This document shows positions 26,271-40,030 of a stretch of 64,000 nt of DNA, one piece after another (positions within the stretch are counted from its first letter, which is position 1; each line of letters starts with the position of its first letter). The DNA lies in the NCBI GenBank assembly GCA_028534125.1, contig CM052816.1, positions 33,916,001 to 33,980,000 on the forward strand, read 5' to 3'. This DNA comes from Lama glama (lineage: Eukaryota). The position numbers and the translations under genes are program-made. A model generated the notes under the pieces. It did not search any database. It saw only the letters and a list, made by a program, of their open reading frames with translations, and was not told where the DNA came from.

Positions 26271-26339
26271 CTCTTTATACTTAATTGAAAATTTTTTTCT
26301 TATATTTTACCCTTCAAGCAAGTACATTTTTTTTTGTTT

Positions 26340-26578
26340 AGAGTGAAAGAACCGGTTTTGGAGTCATATGGGTTTGTATTTTGTTCTGTCACTTGTATCT
26401 TGAAATCATAGGTTAAATTATTTATTCTTGCTGACTTGATTCCTTTGCCTGATAATTAAGATAAGAATACTATTTATATCATAGGACTCTGTGTAGGAAA
26501 AAACAATGGAAACATAAAAACGCTTGGAATAGTACCTCGTGCATAGTAAAGGTCCAATAAATGTTCGTAGATGTTATG
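26340..26578 (+). mobile_element. MIR SINE (near full length)
   Basis: ttttggagtca...ataggactctgtgtagga...aacgcttggaatagtacctcgtgcatagtaaaggtccaataaatgtt. Confidence 0.75.
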
Positions 26579-27183
26579 GTTACTAATGTAATTAATGTCG
26601 TTATAATGAGAAAACCTTCAGTGAGGAAGGGCTTTTTCCTAACACTTATTCCTGTGTACATTTTGTCTGCTGGGGACCCAATTTTATTTGCCTATAAAGA
26701 TGTAAATGACTCTGAAAAACATTTTAAAAGGGTATCAGTAGCCTTTTACGAATGAGTCAAACAGTGTCTTTATGGCCTATTTTTATATAAAGCCCTTAAT
26801 ATAAAGAAACAATTCAAATCATAGTTTTGTGAAGGCAACGTTATAGAAAACTAAAGTAATAACTTTCATGAAGATAATTTCCTGGTGAGCTTCTCTGGTA
26901 TGGGATGAGAACTTGAAGCATTTATAGGAATGGATGGCTACTTAGCATGTACTTTTTTCATTCTGAGATACTGTGTCAGACACACTTTCCATAGAGTCAG
27001 TGTCTGTTAATTCTACAGTGAGATCTCTGGCCAGTGATGGAAGTGTTGAATTTTGGTCTTTTGGACTGAATAGAAATTTCTATGTATGCTTATAAATACC
27101 AGCCGTGCATTTAACATCCGGTTGAGACTCAAAGTGTCTGACTTGCAGTATTCCTTTTGTGGAGGACCATCCTGCACATCTGC

Positions 27184-27553
27184 TGCCATGGACTGAATTG
27201 TGTCCTTCCACCCTCAAAATTCATATTTTGAAACCACAACTCCCATTGTGACTAAATCTTGAGATAGGGCCTGCAAGGAGGTAATTAAATGAGATCATGA
27301 CAGTGAGGCAGCGATATGATAGAATTCGTATTCTTATTAGAAAGACACCAGACAGCTTACTCTCCACCAAGTGAGGACAGAGTGAGAAGACAGCCATCTA
27401 AAAGCCAGAAAGAGAGCTCTCACCATATACACAATCAGATGACACCTTGGTTTTAGACATCCCGTTCTCTAGAACAGCGGGGAAGTACATTTCTTTTGTT
27501 TAAGATGTCCAGTCTGTGGTGCTTTGTTAAGGCAGCTCAAGCTGGCTAATACA
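27184..27553 (+). mobile_element. MLT1A/B-type MaLR solo LTR
   Basis: tgccatggactgaattgtgtcc...aaattcatat...gtgaggacagagtgagaagacagccatct...aagccag...ccagtctgtggtgctttgttaaggcagc...ctaataca. Confidence 0.9.
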
Positions 27554-27777
27554 CCTCCCAACGGTGTTGAGCTGTAGGTAGGTCTGAATATCCTGAAGTG
27601 CCTAAGTAAATTGTTATTGGGAAACAGGCTTTGCAGCATAGTACCTAGAAAAGACAATTTTGAACTGGAAAAATATGAGGGGAGGTGATAAAAGTTAATT
27701 TACTTAAACATAAGGAATTTTTACTTGATCCCTGTTGAAATGCTGATTTTGAGAAATAGGTAGCAGTGGAAAGTAGA

Positions 27778-28012
27778 TTAATATTTATTAAGCTCTTACT
27801 GTGTATCAAACACTATTCTAGGCATGCAACATGCATCACCTAACTTATTAATCATTACAAGACTACATCATACATATTCACATTATCCCCATTTTATAGT
27901 TGCAAAAACTGAGCCACTAAAAGTGTATTTGTCCAAGGAAACTTAGTAAATGGTACATCTGAGACTTAACCTAGGTAGTCTGGCCTCAAAGTCTTCACTA
28001 ATAACTACCTCA
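27778..28012 (-). mobile_element. MIR SINE
   Basis: atatttattaagctcttactgtg...attatccccattttatagttgcaaaaactgagcc...tgtccaagg...agtctggcctcaaag. Confidence 0.85.
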
Positions 28013-28149
28013 TTGTGTTGAGCTAACTAGGTTATTTTACCTTTTGAATGAAATTAAAAAAAAAAACTTGCCCATTTGCACATTGAAGAATATAAAAAAG
28101 ATAATTGAGAAATTCTCTCTGACAGTCATTGTCCTACAGCATTACTTAT

Positions 28150-28306
28150 AAAAGCATTTTCAGACTCTGTATTAAAGTGGAGAGGTCCTTATTTCCAGTA
28201 TAAATTCCTGGGCCTTGTTCTAGAGCTTTGGATCCAAAATCCTATAAGTGGATTCCAGGAATCTGTATTATTAAACCACTTCTGATGTTGTGTTTGAGAA
28301 AATCTA
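28150..28306. mobile_element. MER5-like hAT-Charlie remnant
   Basis: aaattcctgggcc...ccaggaatctgtattattaa...ttctgatg...gtttgagaaa. Confidence 0.6.
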
Positions 28307-29689
28307 GCCCATAAATTTCACAGTAAGCAAGGTGGTAAAACGTCCTCATCAGAGGAGCATACTTTTACCTGTTGCAGGGCTTTGTGCGTCCAGCCAGTCA
28401 GTGCGTGCAGCAGACAATTTCTAGGTAACATTACAAAGAGGGAAAAACACAGCCTCGTGTTGTATCGTATATACCTTCTGGGTTCCTACTTTGGTTTTCA
28501 TAGCGATAAAACAGTAGATTTTTAACAAGTCTGGATTATCTCAAATCCATGCTGTGAAAATAGAACTTGAACTCTTTCAGTGAGAAATTAACTGACACTG
28601 ATTTCACATGTCTCATATAAGACATAAATAATGAATGATAGAACCAAGTATCACACAATAGTAAAAATCGTGTCACTGATGTAGTTCTCATCCAGGGCCC
28701 ACGTCTCTTCTAGGCAGATAGTGCACAGCCATCTTTGGCTCAAAACTCAGCAGAGATACGGAGCTCCCTGTCTGCCAAAGCAGGTCATTCCACTTAAAAC
28801 ACTGAAACATTCTGTATTTACAGTGAAATCTGTCTTTCCACGTATTCCAAACTTTTGCTTAAGTTTTCCCTCCTGGGGACAATTAAGAAGTCTACTCCGT
28901 GGCCCACATGCAAGCCCTTCAAATGTTGGAAGATAATTGCTTCGGTTCTCTTTCTCCTCTCCTCCTCTCCCCCTTCATCTCCCATCTCCCTGCTTACTGC
29001 CAAGTTCCTGTGGTAACTTTGTAATGAGTGGAAAACATGTTTTCAGCATGGTTTATAATTACCTTCAGTTTGCTGGAAGGTTGCAGTGTTGTCAATTTTG
29101 TCTGAATTTGTAGTAATTTATCCCAATGTTAAAGTGTGATGTGAAGACAGATAGGACCCAAGTATTTTTCCCTTCGTTATTGACTATGAACAGAAAAAGG
29201 AAATACGACATTTTCCTTTCACTCTTTTGTTGAGCATTATTTTCTTAAACTGGTTCTACAATGATAGCAGTGAATGAAATACATGTCACAGTTGTAAAGT
29301 AACCTCGCATGTTTCATTTTGATTCATTTTAACTTAGGAAGAAACATTAGCACAAGTAATATTTCCTCTTTAAAAAGTAAGTGAAAGTTAATTGGAATCT
29401 TAGAACCAATTGAAACTTTTAATGATACTCTATTAAATCTTCAGTGTACTTCTTACCTTGGTGAAGGTTATTCAGAAAAATGTTCAGTAATAAGGTTGTG
29501 TTTTTATACATGGAAAATATTTAACTCCTTTAGTAATCCACGTACACGTTAGTCATAGAATAGAATTCAGGCAGTCCTTATGACTCTCAGTCCTGTATGT
29601 TGACAGATCTAAAAGTATAGTGCTGATTACATTACACATATGTAAGAAGGTTGACCAAATGTATCTGTTTATGTGTCTTTTTTAAAAAA

Positions 29690-30500
29690 AATTATTTTAT
29701 TTCACTTTATTGTGGGAAGAGCACTTAACATGAGACCTACCTTCTTAAAATTTTACGTGTACAGTGTGGTACAACAGATTTCTCGTGCTTATTCATCTTG
29801 TTTGATTGAAACTTTATGCCTGTTGGTTAGTACCTCCCCATTTCTCCCTTCCCTTGCCTCCTGGAAACCCCAATTTCACTGTTTGATTTTATGAAAATGA
29901 CTATTGTAGATACCTCATTTAAGTGTAGTCATGTAGTATTTATCTTTCTGTGACCTGTTTCGCTTAGCATAATGTTGAAGGGTTTATATGTGTTGTTGCA
30001 TGTGGCAAAACTTGCTTCAGTTTTAAGGCTGAAGAGCATTCCTTTGCTGGTCTATACCACAGTTTCTTTATCCACTCCTCTCTTCGTGAACATTGAGATT
30101 GTTTCTACACCTTGGTTATTGGGAGCAGTGCTGCAGGGAACACAGGGGCTAATGTCTCTTTGAGTTCCTTATTTTAATTTCCTTTTGGATATATAGCCAT
30201 ATATAAAGCCAATATATGCTGGGTCCTATGGTAATTGTATTTTTAACTTTATGAGGAACCTCCAGACTGTCTTACATACAGCTGCACCATGTTACAGCCC
30301 CTGCAGCAATGCGCAGGGGTTCCAGTTCCTGCCCACCTTACTGAACATTTCTTGTATTTATTTTTTTAGGTAATGGCCATCCTGACAAGTGTGAGATAAT
30401 ACCTCATTGTGGTTTTGATTTGCATTTCTCTGGTGATTCTTGACATTGGGTATTTTTTTGGTATATCTGTTGACCATTTGTAGGTTTATTTAAGTCCTTT
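29690..30500 (-). mobile_element. L1MA-type (L1MA9-like) 3' fragment
   Basis: gtgggaagagcacttaacatgagacctacc...tattcatcttg...gaaactttatgcc...tagatacctcat...gaggaacctccagactg...ctcattgtggttttgatttgcatttctctg. Confidence 0.85.
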
Positions 30501-31809
30501 GTGCATGCATTGTTCTCTTAACCTTGATGACCATCTTTACGAAAGTTATTTTCAGTTCTCTGTCAGGTAAATCATATAGTGCTGTCTCATTAGGGTTCAT
30601 TTCTGGAACTTTTTCTTGTTCCTTTGTTTGGAACCTATTTGCTTCACTGTTCAGTGAAGAGATGTTTTCTTAAGAATCAGTGTTTTCCTTTGACTCTTAA
30701 TGGAGTTTTCAGTATCTTTAGGTGATCAACATAGTTATTAATTTCATTATTATGTAAAAATTATTGGACATTCTGCAGGTCTTTCAAATGAAATTATATT
30801 TTTCTAAAATGAAATGGTGTTCAGGCAGTTAAGACAGGTTATATCCAATAAGTGGAGCTTCTGATATCAATTCATTTGGTAAAGATTTGTATTTTTAGAA
30901 AGGCTTAGGCTGCAAGTCACAGAAGACCCAAGTCAAAATGGCTTTTAAATATCTCTATTCTTCTGGAAAGTTGTAAATATTATATAACTTTCTCCAGGGT
31001 GCTATGCCTCATCAGTCTATAGATTTCAGGTTTATTTACAGTGATCCCTTAGCCAGGGCTATCCTCAGGGCACTCTGTAGATAAAGTCTCTTCCTCCTGG
31101 TAAATGTCACTAGTCTATTTACCTGAAGGTCCCCTTGACAAAGAGATTAACCTGAGCCACAAACCTTGACTTTTTCTCTCAAGGTTGCTTCCCAGTGAAG
31201 GGAGTGAGTGGATCACAGGCCATCTGTACAACTCATACCTCCTTCCAAGAGACACAGGTTTAGGGTTGGTTAATTCAGTGGCTCAGAAATATCCCTGAGG
31301 GCCCAGGGCCTTTCCAGCTTTCTTTTGTACCTCTCTAATGGACTTCACCAAAGTGTAGCTTGTAGTTTTAATATTTTTAAAATATCTTTTTGTTAAAGTA
31401 GATTTGGCTACATGAAATAAAAATACATTAGATTAAACAAAATAAAATTTTATTTCTCTCCTACATAAAATAAATCCAGTTTGGTATGAAGACTTAAAAA
31501 GTTGTCAGGGAGGCAGGTTCATTTTTTTTCTGCCATTCTGAGTAGAAGGGAAGAATAATAATATCTATTTTCTACTAAGTCTTAGTATAGACAGAGTATC
31601 ATGTAGCTTTACTGCTGTTAAACCTATTGGCTAGAATCATATGGCCACAAACGGGGGGTTTTGTTTGTTTTTTGCTTGTTTGTTTTTAGCTAAGTGTCAA
31701 TGAGCCATGCTAAAAATTGTGATTGATCTTTTGAAGGACGAAGGGGATAATAGATATTGTGAAGAAACTTGGAATCTGTGCAAAGATTATTTTACCAAAT
31801 TTTGTTTTC

Positions 31810-31935
31810 TATAGATCAGGGAGTATTTGTATTTTAGTCTTTATTACATCACTACATTAGCTTACACATTGCCTTGCTCAGAGTAGGCACTCAATAAGCA
31901 GATGCTGAATATATGAGTGGACGAAGGAAAGGAAA
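31810..31935 (+). mobile_element. L2 3' end
   Basis: cacattgccttgctcagagtaggcactcaataagcagatgctgaat. Confidence 0.7.
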
Positions 31936-33669
31936 TGGACACTGTAATGAGATTTTACTATGAGATGACATTTTCAATTCAAACTTGTCATTGAACACCA
32001 TCTTTGTACGTTGTGTATGTAAGTGCTTCAATTATTCTCATTATTCTAAAAAAATATTTACAACCAGTTCTTTTCAGTTCAGAAGAGAGGAGTCACCCAT
32101 TTGTTTACTCATTATAATGGGAGTATGAACATCCTTTTAATACCTCATTCTGTATTAATGACCCATGGAGGACCAAAGAAATTTAAAAACAGCTTTGGAT
32201 AAACACAGCTATGGTTTGGTTAGAGAAAGTAAAACTCAGTCTTTAGTTTGAAGAATGTATTTTGCTTAAGTCAGAATTTGGAGAAAGGAAGAAGATGGAG
32301 GCGGGAAATAAGGATGGTGGGTGCTAAAACAATATCAAAATTTAGTAGACCGTTATGGAAACCAGCCTATCTGAATAGATCTTTGGTTCTGGAATCTAAA
32401 GTTTGGTATATGCAATATGAAATACCTTTGATTTTATCATGAACCCGTATTTCTTTTTAAACATTGGGAGCTTTTAGTAGCACTTGACAAAACTTTCATG
32501 TGAGGAAAATTCACTTGGACATCAGACTATCTAGACTTGCTAAGTAAACACATTTTACTCTTATTTTGAGCATTTGGGATTCTCTTAGTTCACTGAAGAC
32601 AGACCTTGCTGTGATGATCATGGATTTCTACCACAAAAATATCATCAACTTATCTGTAGAAGAGCATTCTTTAATTTCCCTACAAGCAGAGTTTTATTTA
32701 GAGAGAAATGAATAACATTTAATTTCCAGGACCTTTCACCACCCAGGACCCTTCTAAAGTCCTAGGAAGGACACTTGAAATATCTTTTCATGAAAAAAAA
32801 ATGTCTTTTTAAACTCTGCAAAAATAAAAATTTTTAAATGTTTTTTGAAAAAGAAGGCTTTGAAGTTAGATAAGCTTTAGCTCTTATAAAATCTAATTCT
32901 ACCCCACCGACAGGTTGAACTACCTTAGATACTAGCAACTCATAACCTCGTACATACTAACATTGTTCTTTACATCCAATAAGCATTCTAACACATTTGT
33001 TATTGAATTAAGGTAAATATCTGCCAGCCTGTCAGCTGAGAAAAACCTTTCAGTGCATTGAGGGTAATTATAGTTAGCAAAAGCAGTTGTAACTAGAGTT
33101 GAGTAATTTAATAGAATTATTACTGAAATGATTTCTGAATCATAATGAATATATCTTTTCCTCCTGGAAGTATTAAAGTGATTGCTGGCCCCAGATTTTG
33201 TCATTAAATATGATTTATTCTGGATATCCTTATAACTAGCTTTCAGGGAAAACTAATAAAATATTAATACAAAATGTTAATATTAATTAAAATATTAATA
33301 CTGGGAATATTTACTTTCAATACAATTTTACTTCAGTTTTTCATTCTTAAGGATGATATTGATTTTGGTTTAATAAATACCAATTTAAGAAAGCATCCTT
33401 ATAGTTCTAGTTTTAATCCTGTTTTGTTTTATCTTATAAAACAGCCATGTGTTTTTTAATCAATATAAAAATGTTCTTGATGTGTTGCCACAGGTCACTG
33501 TTATCTTTACACACCTGAATGCACATACACACTCAAAATGAAGCTTGCATTAGGTATGTGATTAGAGTGTGCTGGGCAAATTAAACTCATAATATTATAT
33601 CAGGAAAATTTGGGGGATAGTCTCTATAATTCAAAATATATTTACTCCCAGTTCCCAAACTTGGTGATG

Positions 33670-34500
33670 AGAATACTAAAAATAGACCACTCTATCTTAT
33701 GAATGAATATATATGTACAAATCCTAAATAAAACACTAATAGATCAAAGTCAGCAACATGTTAAAAAAAAATAATGTACCAGATTAGTAGTGTTTATTCT
33801 GAGAATCCAAGGAGAGTAGATTATTAGGAAATCCAAATCTAAGGAAACATGATATCTGAATAGATACCAAAATGGAACTGATTAAAAAACACATGGCCAG
33901 AATTTCTGCATTATTTGCTGATAATTTATCATATTCTGGGTGTTCTAGTTAATATGGTAAGACAAGAAAAAGGGAAAAAAGTAGGTATAATATTGGAAAA
34001 GCATTTGTGGGTGATCTGAATGTGTGTTTTGAATATCCAGGAGTATGAAAATAGTATTAGCTCTAATTAAAGTGGCTAGTTACAAGAAACATATATATTA
34101 CTGTCCATAACTTTCCTCCATGCCAGCAATAACTAAATAGAAAAACAACACACAAACAACAACCCATTGACAACAGCATTAAAACAGCAAAATTCCAAGG
34201 AATGTGTGCTTTATAAAAAATAAAACTCATAAAACTTTAATGACATAGAAAAGGACTTGAAGTAAATGAATATGAACCTCGGTATTATAAAAATGTAGAT
34301 TCTCCCTAAATTAATCTGTAAGTTAAATATGATTCCAATAAAGTTTTAGAAGAATGGAGGTAGACAATCTGGATGGAAATAGTCAAGAAAACAGAAAAAA
34401 AAATGAGCAGTTTCTTAACCATAAAATAACAATAATTCTATCTGTATTACACTAGTGAAATAATCTATTAGCCTATCAAGATTAATAGATTTCCATAACA
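33670..34500 (+). mobile_element. Old L1 ORF2 fragment (sense orientation)
   Basis: caaatcctaaataaaacacta...cagcaacatgttaaaaaa...taagacaagaaaa...tattggaaaag...attctccctaaattaatctgtaagttaaat. Confidence 0.7.
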
Positions 34501-35599
34501 GAATATAAAAATATCCATATAACTGTATTTGTGTCTGTGAATATGGTATTCACCATTTGCCATATTTCTTGATTATAAGATGTACTAGTATATGAGATGT
34601 CTTAATTTTATAAGGATTATTTTTGAAAATATTAGTTTCATCATATAAGCATATGCTAAAAATGATTTTAAAGTATCCCTGTACAACTAAACCTATTATT
34701 TTGTAAATGCAGTTAGATTACATAATATGCTAGAATCAATAGGAAATCATAAAAATTGGAGATGCAGTCACATTCTGCTAGAAATTATGAAGTAAATTGA
34801 AAGCAAATAGTGGTTCTGCATTTTAGTGAACACTGAAAACAAGCAAACCACGAAATTTAAAAAAAGATGAATAAATTCTTGAACAACACACCACAATGCA
34901 AAGCATACAGCAAAATGGTTCTTTTAAAGAAATTTCAGTATCATTCATACCTATTGGAGAAAGTATCTTGCTGAATGTTAGTACACAGCCACATTTAAGG
35001 GGCAAAAGAGTTTCTAATAGGAAGCTGCATTTCAAAAACTTCTTACTTAGGCTGCAAGATGGAAATAAGTACTCATAATGGTTTTAATTTTTATCCTCAA
35101 ACCACAGAGGATCATTGTTTTCAGAGTTAGATAAATAATGATTCCAAAATTTGAAAACCCCTCTTCCCAGCAGCAATCCAGAAGGCTATGTTAACTGCTG
35201 ACATTCACTGTTTCAGGATGCGGGTCACCAGAGTCACCACGTTGTCCTGAACTCTATCAAGGACGTGTGTAAATCTATTTTTTAAATGATTACATCACTA
35301 CTTTTTGTTTTACTCTACTCTGGGACATTTAACACACTCCAACTTTAGTAATGTTTTAGGTTTCTTCCTTTATCTGTCGCTCTCACTTTAGAATTTGGAA
35401 TTGGCATTTATCTGTCTCAGTCATCTCTCTTTCAGACACTTTACTGATTGACACATCTAAGGGTAGAAATTTGGTGGGTAGTTTGGTGGGTAGCAATTTT
35501 TTCTTAACAATTTCTATTATATGGTGCCAGGTTTCTTTAATAGCCCAATGCTTGGACAGCAGTTATGTCATCATGATTTCATTCCTTCCCCATTCATCT

Positions 35600-36135
35600 A
35601 GTGTTTGCATTAGACTGGGGTAAACAAATATCATTTATCAGTATGTAAACTATGGTTTTATTATCTTGCTTAATGACAAACGGAATTTCATTGCCCAAAG
35701 ATGTCATCAAGATTCTGTCTGTTTCCATCCTTGTACATCTTTCTACTGTGACTGCTCAGGGTGCTGGATTTTCATTCCCAGGCTTGTTGCCTCGTTGTTA
35801 AAAGATGGCTTTTGGGCTGTGGACATCACAGACACACATAGCATTTCAAAGCAAGAAGAAAGAGAAGGGATGATACTTTCTTCTAGAGTCTGTCCACTTT
35901 ATTATAAAATAAAAGATTTCCCAGGAAGCACTCCAGAAGACTAGCTCTTATGTGACATTGTCAGGACTGGATACACTGGTCACCACTAGCTACAAGGAAG
36001 GCTGAAAAAAGTCAATGTCTGGTGAAAAGGGAGGCATTCATGATGGCCTATGAGAATTCATTCTCAGGATCTAGGTACAAAATAGGATTCGATTTTTAAG
36101 GAGGGGACAGGATATGGCAGGTAGAACTATCTAAT
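35600..36135 (-). mobile_element. Old ERVL/MaLR-type LTR (LTR33/MLT1J-K-like)
   Basis: gatgtcatcaagattc...aagatggct...catcaca...tttcccaggaagc...cattgtcaggactgg...caccactagctacaaggaaggctg. Confidence 0.65.
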
Positions 36136-36652
36136 CTTTTGAGAAGTAGAAAAGATGGCAAATTTGTGCCAACAGCACAACATACTAACACAACTTAGTA
36201 AAGCATTTTATCATCTATAAGCTTAATAGTCACAATGTTAGCAATTTTGAATAGTCAGTATCTACTCATTCTGAATTTACTGTCTTGTTTGATAGGATAT
36301 GCAACATGAAAAGGGTTTTGTGTTTGCTTGATATTTATGAAAGTTGAAAATTAGTTTGTTTCACATCGTTGGTCAAAACCCTGTAAATTATATATTTTTT
36401 ATATCCACCTGATATCTTTTGTGCTATTTTTGTTTTGGCCTAAATATATAGTATATATATTCTTAATAAATATGAAGTCCCTTTACGTTGATCCTCTGAA
36501 ATTGATAATTTCTGTCCTTGTTATCATTTAAAACTGATGAGGTTTTTTTTGGATACTCAATTACTTGAGTTACACTTGTTTAATACCATACTTTCAATTT
36601 CTCTTTTTATGATAACTGTACAATTTTACCATTGAGATTGTTTTTTCTTTTT

Positions 36653-37410
36653 AAAAATTTTATTTTACAGTACTGTTGACTTTGATTGCAGAGTTGTACA
36701 ACAGATCTCTAAAACGTATTCATCTTCCTCAGATGAAACTTTATGCCCTTTGAAATAGTAACTCCCTAATTCACTCTCCCCTCCAGCCCCTGGAAACTAC
36801 ATTCTACTCTACTCTCTAATTCTATTAATTTGACTATTTTAGACCCTCATATTAGTGGAATCATGTAGTAGTCATTTTTTGTCATTGGCTTACTTCGTTT
36901 AGCATAACATCCTGAGGTTTATCCACATTGTTACATGTTTCAGGATTTTCTTCTTCTTAAGGTTGTGTACGTTCCATCTTATATATATACAACATTTTCT
37001 TCATCCATTAATCTGTTGATGAACATTTAGGTTGTTTCACATCTTGGCTGTTCTGGAGAGTGCTGCAACAAACATGAGAATGACAATGTCCTTTCAAGAT
37101 CCTGATTTCCATTCTTTTGGATAAACATCCAGAAATGGGATTGCTAGATGATATGATAATTCTGCTTTACATATTTCAAGCAACCTTTATACCATTTTCA
37201 TAGTGATCTCACCATTTAACATACCCACCAATGGGTATGCAAGTGTTCCGAATTCTCCACTCCTTGTCAACTCTTATAGTCTCTCTTTTTTTATGATAGC
37301 CAACCAGGTGGTGTAAAGTGATACCTCATAGTGGTTTTGATACACATTTCCCTGGTAATTAGTCATGTTGATCATATAGTTGATCATTTGTATGTTTTCT
37401 TTGGAGTTTG
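36653..37410 (-). mobile_element. Older L1MA-type 3' fragment
   Basis: gttgtacaacagatctcta...tattcatctt...gaaactttatgccctttg...ccagcccctggaaactacattctactct...agtggaatcatgtagta. Confidence 0.85.
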
Positions 37411-39209
37411 TTTTTTTATTGAAATATATTCAGTTCCAGTGTGTCAATTTTTGGTGCATAGCACAATGTCCCAGTCATGCATATACATACATAGATTTGT
37501 TTTCATATTCTTTTCCATGAAAGTTATTATAAATATGGAATATAGTTCCCTGTGCTACAAAGAAAAAACTTGTTTTTTTTAATCTATTTTTATATATAGT
37601 GGCTAAAATTTGTAAATTGCAAACTCCCAAATTTATCCCCCCCCCAATTTCCCTGGTAACCATAAGATTGCTTACTATGTTTGCAAATTTGTTTTGTAGA
37701 TGAGTTCATAGTGTCCTTTTTTTTTTCTTTTAGGTTCCACATGTGAGTGATCTCATATGGTATTTTTTTTCTCTTTCTGGCTTACTTCACTTAGAATGAC
37801 GATCTCTAGGTCCACCCATGTTGCTGCAAATGGCATTATTATATTTTTTATGGCTGAGTAGTATTCCATTGTATAAATATACCACAGCTGCTTTATCCAG
37901 TCATCTGTCAATGGACATTTAGGTTGTTTTCATGTCTTGGCTATTGTATATAGTACTGCTATGAACATTGGGATGCATGTATTTTTTCTCTCTGGACATA
38001 TACCCAGAAGTGGGATTGCTGGATCATATGGTAAGTCTATTTTTAGTTTTTTGAGGAATCTCCATACTGTTTTCCATAATGGCTGCACCAAATTACGTTC
38101 CCACCAGCATTGTAGGAGGATTCCCTTTTCTACATACCCTCTCCAGCATTAATCGTTCATGGAGCTTTGAATGATGGCCATTCTGACTGGTATGAGGTGA
38201 CACCCTATTTTGATTTGCATTTCTGTGATAATTAGCAATAATGAGCATTTATTCATGTGCCTGTTGGCCATTTGCATGTCTTCATTGGAGAGTTTCTTGT
38301 TTAGGGCTTCTGCCCATTTTTGGATTGGGTTTTTTTGTTGTTGTTATTAAGTTGTATGAGTTGTTTATATATTCTGGAAATTAAGCCTTTGTCAGTCGCA
38401 TCATTTGCAAATACTTCCTCCCATTTTGTAGGTTGCTATTTTGTTTTGCTTATGGCTTCCTTTGCTGTGCAAAAGCTTAGAAATTTAATTAGGTCCCATT
38501 TGTTAATTTTTACTTTTATTTCTAATGCTTGGATAGACTGCCCTAGAAGAACATTGCTAAGATTTATGTCAGAGATTGTTTTGCCTATGTTTTCTTCTAG
38601 GAGGTTTATCATGTCTTGTGTTACGTTTAAGTCTTTAAGCCATTTTGAATTTGTTTATATATAGTGTGAGGGAATATTATAACTTCATTGATTTACATGC
38701 AGCTGTCCAATTTTCCCAACACCACTTGCTGAAGAGACTGTCTTTTCTCCATTGTATATTCTTGCCTCCTTTGTCAAAGGTTAAGTGACCATAGGTCTGT
38801 AGGTTTATTTCTGGGCTCTCTATTCTGTTCCATTGATCCATATGTCTGTTTTTATGCCAATACCATGCTGTCTTGATTACTGTAGCTCTGTAGTATTGTC
38901 TGAAGTCCAGGAGGGTTATTCCTCCAGCTTTATTCTTTTTCTTCAATACTGCTTTGGCAATTCTGTGTCTTTTGTAATTCCATATCAGTTTTAGGATTCT
39001 TTGTCCTAGTTCTGTGAAAAATGTCCTGGGTAATTTGATAGGGATTGTATTAAATCTGTAGATTGCCTTTGACCTTATGGCCATTTTAACAATATTGATT
39101 CTTCCAACCCAAGAGCATGGGATATCTTTCCATTCTTTAAGTCATCTTCAATTTCCTTAATCAATGTTTTGTAGTTCTCCATGTATAGGTCTTTCACCTG
39201 CTTGGTCAG
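37411..39209 (-). mobile_element. Younger 5'-truncated L1 (ORF2 C-terminal part + 3'UTR)
   Basis: ORF 38677..39084 is L1 ORF2 ([14 protein letters not shown]...[26 protein letters not shown]...[11 protein letters not shown]). Closely similar to the L1 at 60047-63932. Confidence 0.95.
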
Positions 39210-39799
39210 CCACTGAGATTGTTTTGCTTTTTCAGTTGCTCCAAGTTCTTAATTTTTTTTGATTGGCTTTTGGAAAAAATATCACTGAAGCTCAGTTACT
39301 TTATTCTTTTAGGAATGTTATAACATTAGACCTGATCCTACTGCTTCTGAGCTTTGGACAATAGGTTTGGTAAATTTAAACTTAAAAATTTGAGGAATGA
39401 CAAATTTTATCTGTAAGTGGCTTATGACACTATTTTTGCTAAATAGGTCTACCAGCACGATGTGAAAGTCTTTCCTTGCTGAACTGCTTTGTATTACTGT
39501 GCTCTATCTTTAATGGAATTGTTGCTAAGCATCTCTGGCTTTTGGCTGTCTGTGTCTGATTTGCATCAGGAATGTTTTGGATGTAAAGAAAATCTTGGTA
39601 TACATTTGTGTAAGTATGTGTGTGTCTGTGTATTTGTGTATGGAAATATGTGCATGGAAATATGTCTATGTTGACATTTGGTAAGATGGGAAAGAATGGA
39701 TTATCAATACATTCTGTTTTGATAAATAACTATACATGTAGCTTTTTAAAATTTTAGTGCCACATAGCATAACCACACATAATACATTTAGAAAATAAC

Positions 39800-40030
39800 T
39801 TCCCCATAAATTAAAACTTTAAAAATAACCAGAAGAAAATATAGCACAGTACTTTTCTAAGTTTCAAGCAGGAAAGTGAGAAACAAAGCAGAAAAATCAC
39901 AAACCATAAAAGACACAATTGGAAGATAACTACATAAAAATGTACAGTATTTGTGCAGAAAAGAATGAGAAAATGTTAAAATACCAGTAAAATTTGGGAA
40001 ACATATTTACATGTAAGAAATAGAGATCCT
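39800..40030 (+). mobile_element. Old L1 ORF2 3' fragment
   Basis: ccagaagaaaatatag...cacaaaccataaaagacacaattg...actacataaaaat...ttgggaaacatattt. Confidence 0.55.

Noticed and set aside
35195..35275. Branch-point-like ctgac plus tttcag acceptor suggesting a small exon
   Set aside because: No convincing donor, and the flanking TMEM232 exons already join in frame with no missing peptide.
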